Origin: a virus
Length of the DNA stretch: 64,000 nt
IMG/VR virus record: IMGVR_UViG_3300042520_003271
Coordinates: 1 to 64,000 of that record
Strand: one strand, 5' to 3'
Position numbers and translations under genes: made by a program. The first letter of the stretch is position 1, and the number at the start of each line of letters is the position of its first letter. The notes beneath the pieces were generated by a model. The model saw nothing but the letters and a program-made list of their open reading frames with translations, was not told where the DNA came from and did no database searches. Below are positions 32,897 through 43,739 of the stretch, piece after piece.

Positions 32897-33666
32897 ACTC
32901 CATATGGTTCACCGAGATCTATAGCAGATTTTATTATTTCTTCTTTCATTTTAATGCCCTCGTTCATTAGAGCATCGCCATCATATGATATAGTACCGCC
33001 ATCTGGTGTTGGTAGACCAGAGATTTTTCTTCTTGCAGCACCTAACGAAGTCTTAGCTTCAGCAAGCATCATGTCATAACACAATTGTCTAGCTTGTGGG
33101 CTTCTAAAGCTATTGACGACAGGGATGTATAAAACAGTCACTGGAAAAGCGCCTTTTGGCGTTGGATATAATCGTATTTTCTGATCTTTAGAACTTAAAG
33201 AATCACCCTGTGTAAACTTATTGTTTTCGTTAATCACTTCCCAGTGGCCTTCGGTGCCGAGTATTTTCTGAGAGAATTTTCTATATGCTTGAAGAAGGTG
33301 ATAATCTAGAAGCATATTTTGAATACCAGACACTTGCCCGACATTAAATAAAAAGCTTTCAGCCCCAAACACATCGTTTATTCTAGTGGTAGCTGGATCC
33401 CAATGCACTTCTTGGACCCAGTAGGCGTCTTCTGGAAGAGGATATGTCGGTTGTAATGGGTTCGTCCAGAAAACAGCTAATTTTTGCTCTCTTGGAAAAT
33501 AACTAGCTATAAAATCGCCAGCTACTCTCCATATGGTTTCGAATTGGTCTTCTTGTATCTCCACATCTACGTTTGGATATCCTAATTTAGTTAGGATATA
33601 CTTTTTCATCGGTTCTGAACGAAGTTTTAATATAGAGGGTAGATCTGCTGGTCCAAATATAGCCAT
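32884..33666 (-). CDS. Neck / head-completion protein, T4 gp13-like
   Basis: YILTKLGYPNVDVEI.EDQ resembles the gp13 LRxLGAPxIxVEV motif; C-term K..LG..R.K....P..G...DG..L..EG. Confidence 0.75.
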   Translation of the reverse strand: MAIFGPADLPSILKLRSEPMKKYILTKLGYPNVDVEIQEDQFETIWRVAGDFIASYFPREQKLAVFWTNPLQPTYPLPEDAYWVQEVHWDPATTRINDVFGAESFLFNVGQVSGIQNMLLDYHLLQAYRKFSQKILGTEGHWEVINENNKFTQGDSLSSKDQKIRLYPTPKGAFPVTVLYIPVVNSFRSPQARQLCYDMMLAEAKTSLGAARRKISGLPTPDGGTISYDGDALMNEGIKMKEEIIKSAIDLGEPYGVWLW

Positions 33667-33668
33667 GT

Positions 33669-34199
33669 TTAATCAGGGAAGGTTAATCCCCTGTCCCCAA
33701 ATACTAAGCCATTGTATTCTAAACGAAATACACTATAAGGCACAGACGCAGGAAAAGCAGCATCGCAGGCGTCTCGCAATATCGACAGAATATCTGATAC
33801 CTCTGAAGAGACAGTATCTATTGGCATCACTTCATTTAAATGTGAAGCTGGGCCTGAGTATTTCTCATTTCCAGAAAATCGCATCACTTCTGGCTGGGTA
33901 TATGCATTTTTAGCTTCCGATTTATAAAAACCTGACATTGTTAATTGCGCAGGTGATTGCCCAAATTGTGGTTTATATGCGGTACCGTTGGCGAAGGAGC
34001 TCAACGCTGACCCATTAGTTTGACTGTGTTGTTGACCACCGCTAGGCGACGATAGTTGGAATTTACCACCATCATAGTTCGGGATTTCTTCGAACAATGC
34101 TATCGATAGTTTTTGAGCATTTCTTATAATTTCGAATCTTTTTCCGTTTGCTAATGATGGCACAATTTTTATGAAGGCTGTAAATGGGACCCAGCGCAT
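33669..34199 (-). CDS. Hypothetical protein (probably virion-associated)
   Basis: 176-aa ORF with AAGGAG RBS directly upstream of the neck gene. Confidence 0.6.
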   Translation of the reverse strand: MRWVPFTAFIKIVPSLANGKRFEIIRNAQKLSIALFEEIPNYDGGKFQLSSPSGGQQHSQTNGSALSSFANGTAYKPQFGQSPAQLTMSGFYKSEAKNAYTQPEVMRFSGNEKYSGPASHLNEVMPIDTVSSEVSDILSILRDACDAAFPASVPYSVFRLEYNGLVFGDRGLTFPD

Positions 34200-34263
34200 A
34201 GTCTGTCTCCTTGAGTTATATAATATATTTGTGGCTTGATTTATATTCGGATATGGTCTATAT

Positions 34264-34302
34264 AAGAAGACGGGGAGATTTTATCAATCTCCCCGTCTTC
34301 TT
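34264..34302. terminator. Rho-independent terminator-like hairpin, 17-bp perfect stem
   Basis: AAGAAGACGGGGAGATT-ttatc-AATCTCCCCGTCTTCTT, ~30 nt downstream of the stop at 34332. Confidence 0.8.
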
Positions 34303-34331
34303 TTAATTCTCGATAATCCGATTAAGGATTA

Positions 34332-34736
34332 TTAAGTGGTTATGTCAGATGCAAGACCTCGTGCATCACCAAACAGATCGCCAGTTAGGCCAGCTGCGGT
34401 GTTGGACAAGAATTTATCAGAGCCGATCTGGAATGCGAAATTGATATCAGCAAGGTTAGTCTGAGCTTCAGCGAAGCTAGTCTGACCGAAGGTGCCGATA
34501 ACAATTGGGAATCCACGGCCAGCATTAAAACGTGCTTCGCCCATATATGAACTAAAATCTTTGACATTGGTATCTCTGTTAAGAACGCCCACGAGAATTT
34601 CTTCTCCTGGGATGGTCATTACAAGAGGACGAAGCCTTTTGCAAATAGCAGCCAGAGACTCATGTCTGAGATCCCGCCTATAGGACCTCAGGTTCATAAA
34701 CACCGAAATCGAAGAATTGGCAGGTTGTGCAGACAT
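34332..34736 (-). CDS. Hypothetical protein, 134 aa
   Basis: Start reassigned to MSAQP (34736) behind an AAGGAG RBS; followed by a strong hairpin. Confidence 0.65.
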   Translation of the reverse strand: MSAQPANSSISVFMNLRSYRRDLRHESLAAICKRLRPLVMTIPGEEILVGVLNRDTNVKDFSSYMGEARFNAGRGFPIVIGTFGQTSFAEAQTNLADINFAFQIGSDKFLSNTAAGLTGDLFGDARGLASDITT

Positions 34737-34831
34737 TTTCTGTCTCCTTTCAATATAAGTAGCCAAAATTCTATTATATATTTGAAGAAAAATTAATAGC
34801 CTGCACAATCCACAAATGATTAATTAATCAA

Positions 34832-35095
34832 TTACTTTTTGTCTGACTTAGGAGCAGCAGCAGGAGCGGCTTTCTCGTTTGCCTTGTCGCAGGCTGTGCA
34901 AGCAGAGGCTTTTGGAGCCGCAGCACAAGAAGAAGTGCGAGTCTTGCCACAGGAAAGGCCTCCGCGGGTGCGTCCTTCGAACACTTTAGCGCGGCTACTG
35001 CCACAAGAACCGCTTAAACGCTGACCACAACCGGCCTCAGCTTCAAACACGCCAATGGTTCCAAGAAATACGCAGGCCAAAACAAAAGTCTTCAT
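34832..35095 (-). CDS. Small secreted Cys-rich protein
   Basis: MKTFVLACVFLGTIGVFEAEA signal-peptide-like N-term with AEA site; six Cys in the mature part; AAGGAG RBS. Confidence 0.65.
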   Translation of the reverse strand: MKTFVLACVFLGTIGVFEAEAGCGQRLSGSCGSSRAKVFEGRTRGGLSCGKTRTSSCAAAPKASACTACDKANEKAAPAAAPKSDKK

Positions 35096-35170
35096 GATAT
35101 CTCCTTCTTAAACCGGTAAATGATAGGGCTCCAAACTAATGGATTTTTAACAACCTATCAATTATTTACC

Positions 35171-35199
35171 TTGGTAAAAAATCTTGACATCATTACAAT
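35171..35199 (+). promoter_or_regulatory. Possible sigma70-type promoter for gmd
   Basis: TTGGTA-N17-TACAAT, 37 nt upstream of the gmd ATG; AT-rich context makes a chance match possible. Confidence 0.3.
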
Positions 35200-35209
35200 A
35201 CTTTCATAG

Positions 35210-36196
<987 letters not shown>

Positions 36197-36197
36197 T

Positions 36198-36767
36198 ATG
36201 AAATTGACTAATATATATGAGGCAGCAGGTAGTATCGCCAGCGGCGGCACGCCGGTTCTAAACATAAGTAAAATTTTTGGTCAACTTATAGAGCTGCTTT
36301 TTAATGATGATCGTTATAAAGATTCAGAATCAGCCAAATTATTGAGATCGTATTTTAAGCAGCCTAGCGCTGATACTTGGTCCACAATAAGTAATGATTT
36401 CATTTCGGGAACTATAAAGATATTAGATTCGGACAAGGAAAACGCAAATAAGTATAAAGATTTAAAAAAATCAATGGCCGAATTAAAAACTTATGCGCCA
36501 AGTATTATAACATCTTCTCTTTATGCTATTGAACCTAAATATCTATTGAAGACTGATTTAAAATCTTTGGCGCAGAGCACCCAAGATACAGCTAAAACGA
36601 TGTTAGCATTGCAGCCTAACGGTTGGGTGGCAATGCTCTCTAACACCGATGGTGTCTCGAAAAGCGAACTAAAAGAAGTTAGAAAAAAGATAAGCGACGA
36701 AGGCAAGAAGATAGCCAAAGATATAACTAAGAATTTTCCAGGTTCTATATTAAAGAAGAAATTCTAA
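36198..36767 (+). CDS. Hypothetical protein, possible internal head protein
   Basis: 189-aa ORF coupled to gmd; N-term MKLTNIYE. Confidence 0.55.
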   Translation: MKLTNIYEAAGSIASGGTPVLNISKIFGQLIELLFNDDRYKDSESAKLLRSYFKQPSADTWSTISNDFISGTIKILDSDKENANKYKDLKKSMAELKTYAPSIITSSLYAIEPKYLLKTDLKSLAQSTQDTAKTMLALQPNGWVAMLSNTDGVSKSELKEVRKKISDEGKKIAKDITKNFPGSILKKKF

Positions 36768-36769
36768 TA

Positions 36770-37075
36770 ATGCCGACTACTGATATTACAAAAAAATTTC
36801 GCATATCTAGTCAATTATCTAGCGTTGCAGCTAGAGCAGTTGGTATAGACAGCATAGTCACCGATATAAATTTTAAGAGTAAAGCAAGTGATTTAAATCT
36901 CAGATTAAGACCTATCACACTTGATATTAGTGAAAAGACTATAACTGTCACCATGCAGGCCGCCTACAACGATGGCATTTATAACTTTAGTATAGTCCCA
37001 TCTGAATGGTTTGAGTATATTGAAGCGACTTTTGCTCTCATGCTCGAAAAATATTTAAATAAAGATCTTTCTTGA
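36770..37075 (+). CDS. Hypothetical protein
   Basis: 101-aa ORF directly following the previous gene. Confidence 0.55.
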   Translation: MPTTDITKKFRISSQLSSVAARAVGIDSIVTDINFKSKASDLNLRLRPITLDISEKTITVTMQAAYNDGIYNFSIVPSEWFEYIEATFALMLEKYLNKDLS

Positions 37076-37867
37076 TGTTTTATAATATTTATAACCTGCC
37101 GTGCCATATAGAGAAAAAGCGCCGGGTTTTAGAGGGCTAGATCCAGCGTAATGCTGAAAAGCCGTTACATTTTTTACATTAGATAATTCCGATAAATAGA
37201 GCCCAACTAAGCGTTCAAATAAATGTGGTGTCCAGAGTCCCATCTCTGATGCTAATAGTCTGTCAAGCATGTTACGCATTCTCATCCCAAGCTTATTAAA
37301 GATCTCTCTCGTGGTTATAAACATATGCGAGTAGATCATCGGAGGGTTTTTAGACATTGCAAACTCATAAATCGGGCGATCAAGTCTTTTTATAGCATCC
37401 CATATAGATCTTTCTAAATCGAATTTATTATGCACCATTGGGTCTATTGATGGTCTTAGCACATATTCATCTTTTAAATCCCATTCGCCACGTTGGAGGA
37501 TTTTATATTCTACTGGAAATGAAACGCCAAGAGTAACATTATTGGGTGATAAAGAATTGATTATCTTAGCCCATAATTCATCTTTTGGGAAATATGGCTC
37601 GATATCCGTATGTAAGAATCCGATATATTCGCTATCGCTCATGTTCTCGATATGTTCCCATATAGTCAGTATTATCGAACTCTCAAAAATCGATGAATTT
37701 AATGAAGCATAAGTAGGATAAAAATCAGAGACTTCAGATAGATCATACTTTGGTGGTTTTGTCATCCCGCAGGCGATTCTCTTGGCATTAATTGATTTAT
37801 GATCGAATATGCTGTCATCAAGACAATCATGGCCGGCGGTGTGACAATTTATAAACAGATCAATCAT
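37055..37867 (-). CDS. Putative glycosyltransferase (DUF4422-like)
   Basis: FESS...IW, YIGFLHTD, YSHMFITTREIF, FERL motifs resemble DUF4422 glycosyltransferases; cluster context. Confidence 0.55.
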   Translation of the reverse strand: MIDLFINCHTAGHDCLDDSIFDHKSINAKRIACGMTKPPKYDLSEVSDFYPTYASLNSSIFESSIILTIWEHIENMSDSEYIGFLHTDIEPYFPKDELWAKIINSLSPNNVTLGVSFPVEYKILQRGEWDLKDEYVLRPSIDPMVHNKFDLERSIWDAIKRLDRPIYEFAMSKNPPMIYSHMFITTREIFNKLGMRMRNMLDRLLASEMGLWTPHLFERLVGLYLSELSNVKNVTAFQHYAGSSPLKPGAFSLYGTAGYKYYKTSRKIFI

Positions 37868-38715
37868 TCTTTTATTTCTCTAAATTCAGTATGGGTAGTC
37901 GATGCTTTAAAACTATCGTTATCAGATTCGAATGGAATGTAAGAAGCGATTTCTCTACCATTCTTAGAAGTGGTCCAATGAAAATGCGTTCCGTAGCATT
38001 CTGGAAAAGCAGCTGACCACCTATCAAGTAATTTTCTAAACAAGGACCAGTAATTATCCTTGGTCTTAAGGCTGCTCGAGTAAGCTCCGTGGTGTATGCT
38101 TGGAAGATAAGCAGCATAGACTTTATAGCCGGCCGATCTCATAGAAAAAGCAAAATCACATCCATAAAAATGAAAACCATTTAATATTTCATTAAAAAAG
38201 ATTTTGTGGCGCTTATTTATTAGAAACAGGCACTCATCTACAGTGTGCGCTTCTATTAAATCTCTATAACCATCCCAGCATTTTATAAGCTTTGTGTCGA
38301 AATCTTCACTTAGATCTCCAGGATGACCGTTATACACTACGCCAATGAATTTTGGTTTTTTAGTAACCTTATCCAATTCTAGTGAACGTCCTGCACTACC
38401 AATTATACCCCAATCTTCGCCAGCTTTTTTCACAGATTTTTCTACTTCATCAAAGAATCCCGGTAAAAAAGAGACGTCTTGATGACAGCAAATTACTAAA
38501 TCTGATTTTGCAATAGTTAAACCATAATTTATCGCTTGAGGTGCTGTATATATCGACATTCTATTATCTATTGGTATTAATTCATAAAGGTCCTTATTAA
38601 TCTTGCTGTTATAAAAAGAATTTACAACACAGTCATTGTAAACATCATAATTGGACACACATGTCAATATGCTATAAATAGGCTTAATCACGGTTACTCC
38701 TGTTCCTATTGTCAA
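37864..38715 (-). CDS. Glycosyltransferase, GT-A fold (GT2-like)
   Basis: AINYGL..AKSDLVICCHQDV, WGIIGSAG, TVDECL, FHFYGCD. Confidence 0.8.
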   Translation of the reverse strand: MTIGTGVTVIKPIYSILTCVSNYDVYNDCVVNSFYNSKINKDLYELIPIDNRMSIYTAPQAINYGLTIAKSDLVICCHQDVSFLPGFFDEVEKSVKKAGEDWGIIGSAGRSLELDKVTKKPKFIGVVYNGHPGDLSEDFDTKLIKCWDGYRDLIEAHTVDECLFLINKRHKIFFNEILNGFHFYGCDFAFSMRSAGYKVYAAYLPSIHHGAYSSSLKTKDNYWSLFRKLLDRWSAAFPECYGTHFHWTTSKNGREIASYIPFESDNDSFKASTTHTEFREIKE

Positions 38716-38764
38716 TGTTACTTACCATCGACTTGGGGACAATTATTAGTAACTCCAGTTTTAA

Positions 38765-39409
38765 TCAAAAAAGGATGTTCTGATCTATTTTAGTATTTTT
38801 ATAATGTCTGTTTATAAATTCACCATCGGCCTTTAAAACACGCTCGTATGTCTCTTGGTTGTATTTTGCTATAGCATGCGCCGGTTTGTCATCATTTAAA
38901 GAAATGTTTAATCTTGGTGATAACGGCAGATCAGTTTCAGAAATGATAGCTCCGCATTGAATCAGTGCTGATATCAAATCGTTGTGTAGATTCTCTTGCT
39001 TTCCGATGATTGTCTTTAATCCGTTTGGAATATTATTAATAAATTTATTCATCTTTCTTGAAGCCCAGCCTAATTCACCACCAGAATAATCTATACAATT
39101 GTTTACAAAAATGTTAAAATCATTAGATGCGCAAGAGAAATCTAAATCGTTTCCTCGCCACCCATGCACAGATGATAATCGATATGCCCAACGCGATTGA
39201 TACCAGGTTAGAGGATGCCTAATAAAGCAGATAACGGTTATTTCTAATAGATCTTCTAATGATAATATATTCAATAATTCTGGAAAACTATCATGGTGTT
39301 GGGCCTTTTCTATCCCTTTAATAGAAAGCAGATCAAGAACTCTTCTTATATATGTGCCACCAGTTTTTGGTATGTGCATGAATAAAAATTTATCGGTTAA
39401 TAGCGCCAT
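38765..39409 (-). CDS. Sulfotransferase family protein
   Basis: 5'-PSB motif FMHIPKTGGT; 3'-PB motif FIRHPLTWYQS; IGKQENL..DL. Confidence 0.8.
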   Translation of the reverse strand: MALLTDKFLFMHIPKTGGTYIRRVLDLLSIKGIEKAQHHDSFPELLNILSLEDLLEITVICFIRHPLTWYQSRWAYRLSSVHGWRGNDLDFSCASNDFNIFVNNCIDYSGGELGWASRKMNKFINNIPNGLKTIIGKQENLHNDLISALIQCGAIISETDLPLSPRLNISLNDDKPAHAIAKYNQETYERVLKADGEFINRHYKNTKIDQNILF

Positions 39410-39410
39410 G

Positions 39411-40364
39411 TTATAATATTAAACCATTTGCATCATTTGGAAAACCAAGGCCATGTAATAGTCTATATAGTCTGTGATGATAAGTATGGGTTTTAGCGAC
39501 GTAATCTCTTAATCTTGCGCTTTTTTCTTTAAGCTCTTTTTCTGAGGCCGGAGCAAGATAATGTGCATGCAAAGCAAGAAAATCATTAGGATCTTTTGCG
39601 ACCGGAAGACCTGGAATTACTCTTGATAATACCGGAACTGTGTCATGAATCGGCAGGCAGCCAGCCAAGCAGGCTTTAAAAACTCGCTCTGGAATATCAA
39701 TATTGTGCGTATGAGTATGAATTTCAGATATACATGGCGCCACCTTTCCGGTGTTATAAAATTCATTCGCTTCATGCTGTGGCAATTCTCCTGACGATAC
39801 CCCTTCTGGCCACTCCCCCCAGCCAAATAATTTCCATTTTCCCCTAAATGAATTTAAAACAGGCATAAGATATAAATCGATAGTTTTAGCTTTGTATGTC
39901 CATCTTCCGCCGAGGTAGATGATTTGATTTTTTCTGTCTTGGCCTAGATCTGAAAAGATCGTAGCATCGGCAGCGGTTGGCATTGGTATCCAACGCGTGT
40001 TTGCCCTTTGATGCCAATAACTCCATAGTATAGAGTCTTCATCAAAACCGTAACCAAAAACTACTTCTGGTTTTTGCTTTTTAACCCAATCTACGCTATC
40101 TTGGCTTTCATTAATTCCGCCTGGTATAGAAACAGGGCCATATGGGTTAACATGTATGGCTACTTTCGCCCTTCGCCCTTCGATCGGAATGACTTCCCTG
40201 TGGCCCGAGCATCCGATATAAATATCTGGATCAAATTCATCCCAGGTCCTCATTTCTCCATCAAATCGCTTTACTTCATGTCCTTTAGATCGTAAAGCAT
40301 TAACCATTCCGTCTGTAATATAGCCAAATGCCCCACTAACTCGGCGCACCATTAAAATTCTCAT
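39411..40364 (-). CDS. Glycosyltransferase, GT-B fold (CgeB-like)
   Basis: AADATIF, IIYLG, FGWGEW, ERVFKACLAG, HTYHHRL. Confidence 0.75.
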   Translation of the reverse strand: MRILMVRRVSGAFGYITDGMVNALRSKGHEVKRFDGEMRTWDEFDPDIYIGCSGHREVIPIEGRRAKVAIHVNPYGPVSIPGGINESQDSVDWVKKQKPEVVFGYGFDEDSILWSYWHQRANTRWIPMPTAADATIFSDLGQDRKNQIIYLGGRWTYKAKTIDLYLMPVLNSFRGKWKLFGWGEWPEGVSSGELPQHEANEFYNTGKVAPCISEIHTHTHNIDIPERVFKACLAGCLPIHDTVPVLSRVIPGLPVAKDPNDFLALHAHYLAPASEKELKEKSARLRDYVAKTHTYHHRLYRLLHGLGFPNDANGLIL

Positions 40365-42322
40365 ATCGTTTTATATCCTTTCCGTATTAATAAATTCTTC
40401 GCGTCTGCGATTCTTGCAATGTCGGACATCGCTTTAAGAGTAGTTTCCAATTTTACGTTTTGGTCGTGAAATTTACGCCATTTGTCGCTTCTGGGATGAT
40501 TCAAATGATATAGCGATACGCGACGATCATTTATGAAATTCCCGCCAGCAATCAATCTAGAATAGAAGTCGCAATCTTCGCAGCCATAGCCAGTATATGC
40601 TTCATAAAAACCGCCGATCTTACTGTAGTACTCTTTTGTACATGCTAACGATCCGCCTTCAAAATACGACACGTAACGGTCAAAATTTTGCGGCCTAAAT
40701 ACGCGCTTTTCGCGATTTATAATATTAGTATCATTTTCATCATAATAGCTAACATCTTTTCCCAGATGACAACTACTATTGAACAATAAGGTCTTATAAA
40801 CTTCTGACGCATAATAGTTTGGCACTAACATATCGGCGTCGTGTAAAATGAGAAAATCATCTTTTGCAATATCGACACCGCCATTAAAGGCTTTCGATTT
40901 ATTAAATGGTTCTTCAGGTTCTGCATTTATTAGAAGATATTTCGACGGCAAGATCGATACTGCACTTATGGTAGATTTATGATCATGTTCTGATAATATA
41001 ATGTTTATTGTGGGAAATAGTTGACCTTTAATGCTATCTATTACAGTAATAACTGATGCTGATCTATCTTGCGATCTATAAGGTATTACCACACTAATTG
41101 AATCTGTCTTCGAATCCTTTGAATGATTATATTTCTTAACTTCTCGATTCTTAAATATATTTCTAGCGAATTGTAACTTTTCACTTCTATCAGAAACTGA
41201 AGATTTTTCATTATGTAATCTGAAATAGCGACTTGATCCAAATACATCAAAAAAACCACTAGTGCTATGTAGGCCAAAATCATTGAATTTCATCGACCAA
41301 TCAACGTGTTCCATCCCATATTGGCCATAGGCCTCATTAAAAAAGCCAATCTTTTCTACGGCCGATGTCTCATAAGCGAGAACAGCGCCCTGTGGCTGGT
41401 TATCGCTTTTTAATAAATTGATACCTTTTATATTATATGGTTCGCCTATTGTGGCGCCATAGATGTTTTTTTCTCTATAGATAAAATGCTTAAAATCCGA
41501 GGCTACTATAGCATCAGGGTAAAAATATTCCCATCCTGAGCTAGTTATTTCGACATCATCGTTTAGAATAATCCCGTATTTAAATCGTTGAAGACATTGT
41601 ATAAGCCGATTACTATTACCAGCTATGCCAAGATTTTTATCATTAAAAATAATGCAGAATCGATTAGACTCTGCAAGTTTATTTAAATATTTCTGTGTTT
41701 CTGGCTCTGTACTACAATCATCGCTTATAAAAATGGTGGTCTTAGATAAATTCGTGTGCTTTATGATAGAATCGACTAATCGTTTCAGACTATGTTGTCT
41801 ATTATATGAAAGTATCCCAACCCCGATATCATTGCTAATATTAATGATTCCTGATAAATTATCTGATTGCTCATAAATATGTGCATCTTTAGGGTTTGGT
41901 ATAGACTTCCCTTTGAATTTGTTTTGGCTATCCTTTTGATTTGGCGATGTTGGTACCTTCTTTTGCCTGACGAAATTGGGCCTTTGGCTTCGGATTTGTG
42001 GTCTTTGGATTTCGGCTCTTTGTAAGTTTTGACGATTATTCTGGGTAGCTGGTATTGCTGGTTGGGTTTCTTGGCTTATCTTATTCGACTCTGTTTTATT
42101 TCTGCGTTCTAATAAACTATTCGATTGTCTATTCTTAGTGTGATTAGTCGTATTACGCGTTCCTGTCGTTGGTGCTCTAGCGTGTACTAAATGCCCAGAC
42201 GTAACATATTTGTCAAAGAAGTCTGGCAATAGAATCTTTTGGTTAGGCCGTACCAACACGACTTTACCTTGAGCGTCAAGTAATCTTTGGATATCCTTTT
42301 GATTATTAATATATAATTTCAT
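40361..42322 (-). CDS. Two-domain glycosyltransferase (GT2 plus GT2/GT7-like) with low-complexity N-terminus
   Basis: SYNR..ISDDCS..NLGIAGNSN..LNDDV..YGMEHVD; second domain VVIPYR..FNKSKAFNGG..HDADM..GGFYEAYTGYGCEDCDF. Confidence 0.85.
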   Translation of the reverse strand: MKLYINNQKDIQRLLDAQGKVVLVRPNQKILLPDFFDKYVTSGHLVHARAPTTGTRNTTNHTKNRQSNSLLERRNKTESNKISQETQPAIPATQNNRQNLQRAEIQRPQIRSQRPNFVRQKKVPTSPNQKDSQNKFKGKSIPNPKDAHIYEQSDNLSGIINISNDIGVGILSYNRQHSLKRLVDSIIKHTNLSKTTIFISDDCSTEPETQKYLNKLAESNRFCIIFNDKNLGIAGNSNRLIQCLQRFKYGIILNDDVEITSSGWEYFYPDAIVASDFKHFIYREKNIYGATIGEPYNIKGINLLKSDNQPQGAVLAYETSAVEKIGFFNEAYGQYGMEHVDWSMKFNDFGLHSTSGFFDVFGSSRYFRLHNEKSSVSDRSEKLQFARNIFKNREVKKYNHSKDSKTDSISVVIPYRSQDRSASVITVIDSIKGQLFPTINIILSEHDHKSTISAVSILPSKYLLINAEPEEPFNKSKAFNGGVDIAKDDFLILHDADMLVPNYYASEVYKTLLFNSSCHLGKDVSYYDENDTNIINREKRVFRPQNFDRYVSYFEGGSLACTKEYYSKIGGFYEAYTGYGCEDCDFYSRLIAGGNFINDRRVSLYHLNHPRSDKWRKFHDQNVKLETTLKAMSDIARIADAKNLLIRKGYKTI

Positions 42323-42996
42323 CTGCTTATTTTCACATATAAAGGTGTATAAAGACCCTTTTCTAGATTGTGATATTGTCTAAATCTAGATGGTTTTAAT
42401 ATTATATCCCCTTCATAAATACCATTACCAGTGCTAATGGCATTTAAAGCTCTTTCATCGATTGGTTCGACCTTTATAACTTCTTGCGTCTTCATTATTT
42501 TACTGAATAGATCTCTTATCATCCCAGGCCCACACATCTTATTAATAGAAGTCTGCATATCAACCAAAATCATATCTTCATATGTGGTTCCTGAGAAGAA
42601 ATATTGTGCCTGTTTTACCTTTATCATTTTCATAAAATTAATGAGGATTTGTACGTTATTAGCTAAAAATGCATCTGCCATTATCACTAACTTATTTTCT
42701 TTATCTAAAAGGTCTAGTTTATTACCAAACCAATCAGCAAAAAGGATCATGATATTGTCAGATTTTTCATCCTTTGATATTATGACCGATAGTCCTTCTA
42801 AGATATATGGTTTTATAACGTAAGACAAAGTATCTTTAATGGCTGGTAGGTAATCCTCTCCAAGCATTTCTGGATACTTTAAAACTGCTGGCGGTCTTGG
42901 CATTGTGGCTAGTGCATTTGGCTGGCTAGATATACCAGATTGACGCACTTGAGGAATAATCTCTTTGCTGGACGGCGTACTTCCCTTTCGGCGCAT
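42319..42996 (-). CDS. Hypothetical protein, possibly a degenerate ATP-dependent ligase/nucleotidyltransferase fold
   Basis: KYP near the N-term, LVD mid-protein, YEGDIILKP and terminal YVKI recall ligase motifs; no canonical KxDG. Confidence 0.4.
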   Translation of the reverse strand: MRRKGSTPSSKEIIPQVRQSGISSQPNALATMPRPPAVLKYPEMLGEDYLPAIKDTLSYVIKPYILEGLSVIISKDEKSDNIMILFADWFGNKLDLLDKENKLVIMADAFLANNVQILINFMKMIKVKQAQYFFSGTTYEDMILVDMQTSINKMCGPGMIRDLFSKIMKTQEVIKVEPIDERALNAISTGNGIYEGDIILKPSRFRQYHNLEKGLYTPLYVKISR

Positions 42997-43267
42997 TTTT
43001 TATAGCCTCTAATTTGATGACTTTGGTTTCTTTCTCCTGTTCGGAAGGAGATAGAGTAAAAAGAACAAAAGGCACGCTATTAAAAATTATGGATATTTCT
43101 TTGGTTTCTTTATTGTAATTGGTTACCACACCACACCAAGTTGAAATCCAGCCAGACCAGACTAGAAAATCGCCGTAAGCTGGAACGTAATTAGTAAGAT
43201 CACGATACTGTATGAGTGGTGGTAGAACTACTTCACGCGATTTTGGTTCTGGTAAGTTTGTGGCCAT
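42926..43267 (-). CDS. Hypothetical protein
   Basis: ORF in a tightly packed run; probable start MATNLP. Confidence 0.55.
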   Translation of the reverse strand: MATNLPEPKSREVVLPPLIQYRDLTNYVPAYGDFLVWSGWISTWCGVVTNYNKETKEISIIFNSVPFVLFTLSPSEQEKETKVIKLEAIKNAPKGKYAVQQRDYSSSASIWYI

Positions 43268-43739
43268 AAATCTCATAGTTGTATTGATAACCGTCTTCTA
43301 ATTTCCAAGTTATCAAAAGACCTTCTCTTGCTGCCCCCAACCAATGACTGATCAAATTATCTACCCAAGCTCTCATGGTGGTGCGATCTAACATTCTTGC
43401 TGGCTTTACTTCGATACCATTTACCATTGTCACGATTGGTTCTTCTTCAGAAATCTCGATAGTCTTTCTGACTATCTCCATACCTTCGATAAGATATTCG
43501 CGTCTCGTCTTTGATCTCGTTTTAGCAGTGACTTGGTAACGCTGATTAGGATTACCGTTTGGCACATCCATAAGCGTCACTATATCTATGTCTTTACTCG
43601 CTACTGATCTTGCAGGATCTAAATCTGATAGAATTATCTTAATATCATCGACAGTCCTAACCACCGTCGGTCTCATAACCTCTGGCGATAGCCGCAAATC
43701 TTCTCTGCTTTTTAACTGTTCTATTTCATCCATCTTCAT
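43233..43739 (-). CDS. Hypothetical protein
   Basis: 168-aa ORF overlapping both neighbours. Confidence 0.6.
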   Translation of the reverse strand: MKMDEIEQLKSREDLRLSPEVMRPTVVRTVDDIKIILSDLDPARSVASKDIDIVTLMDVPNGNPNQRYQVTAKTRSKTRREYLIEGMEIVRKTIEISEEEPIVTMVNGIEVKPARMLDRTTMRAWVDNLISHWLGAAREGLLITWKLEDGYQYNYEIYGHKLTRTKIA

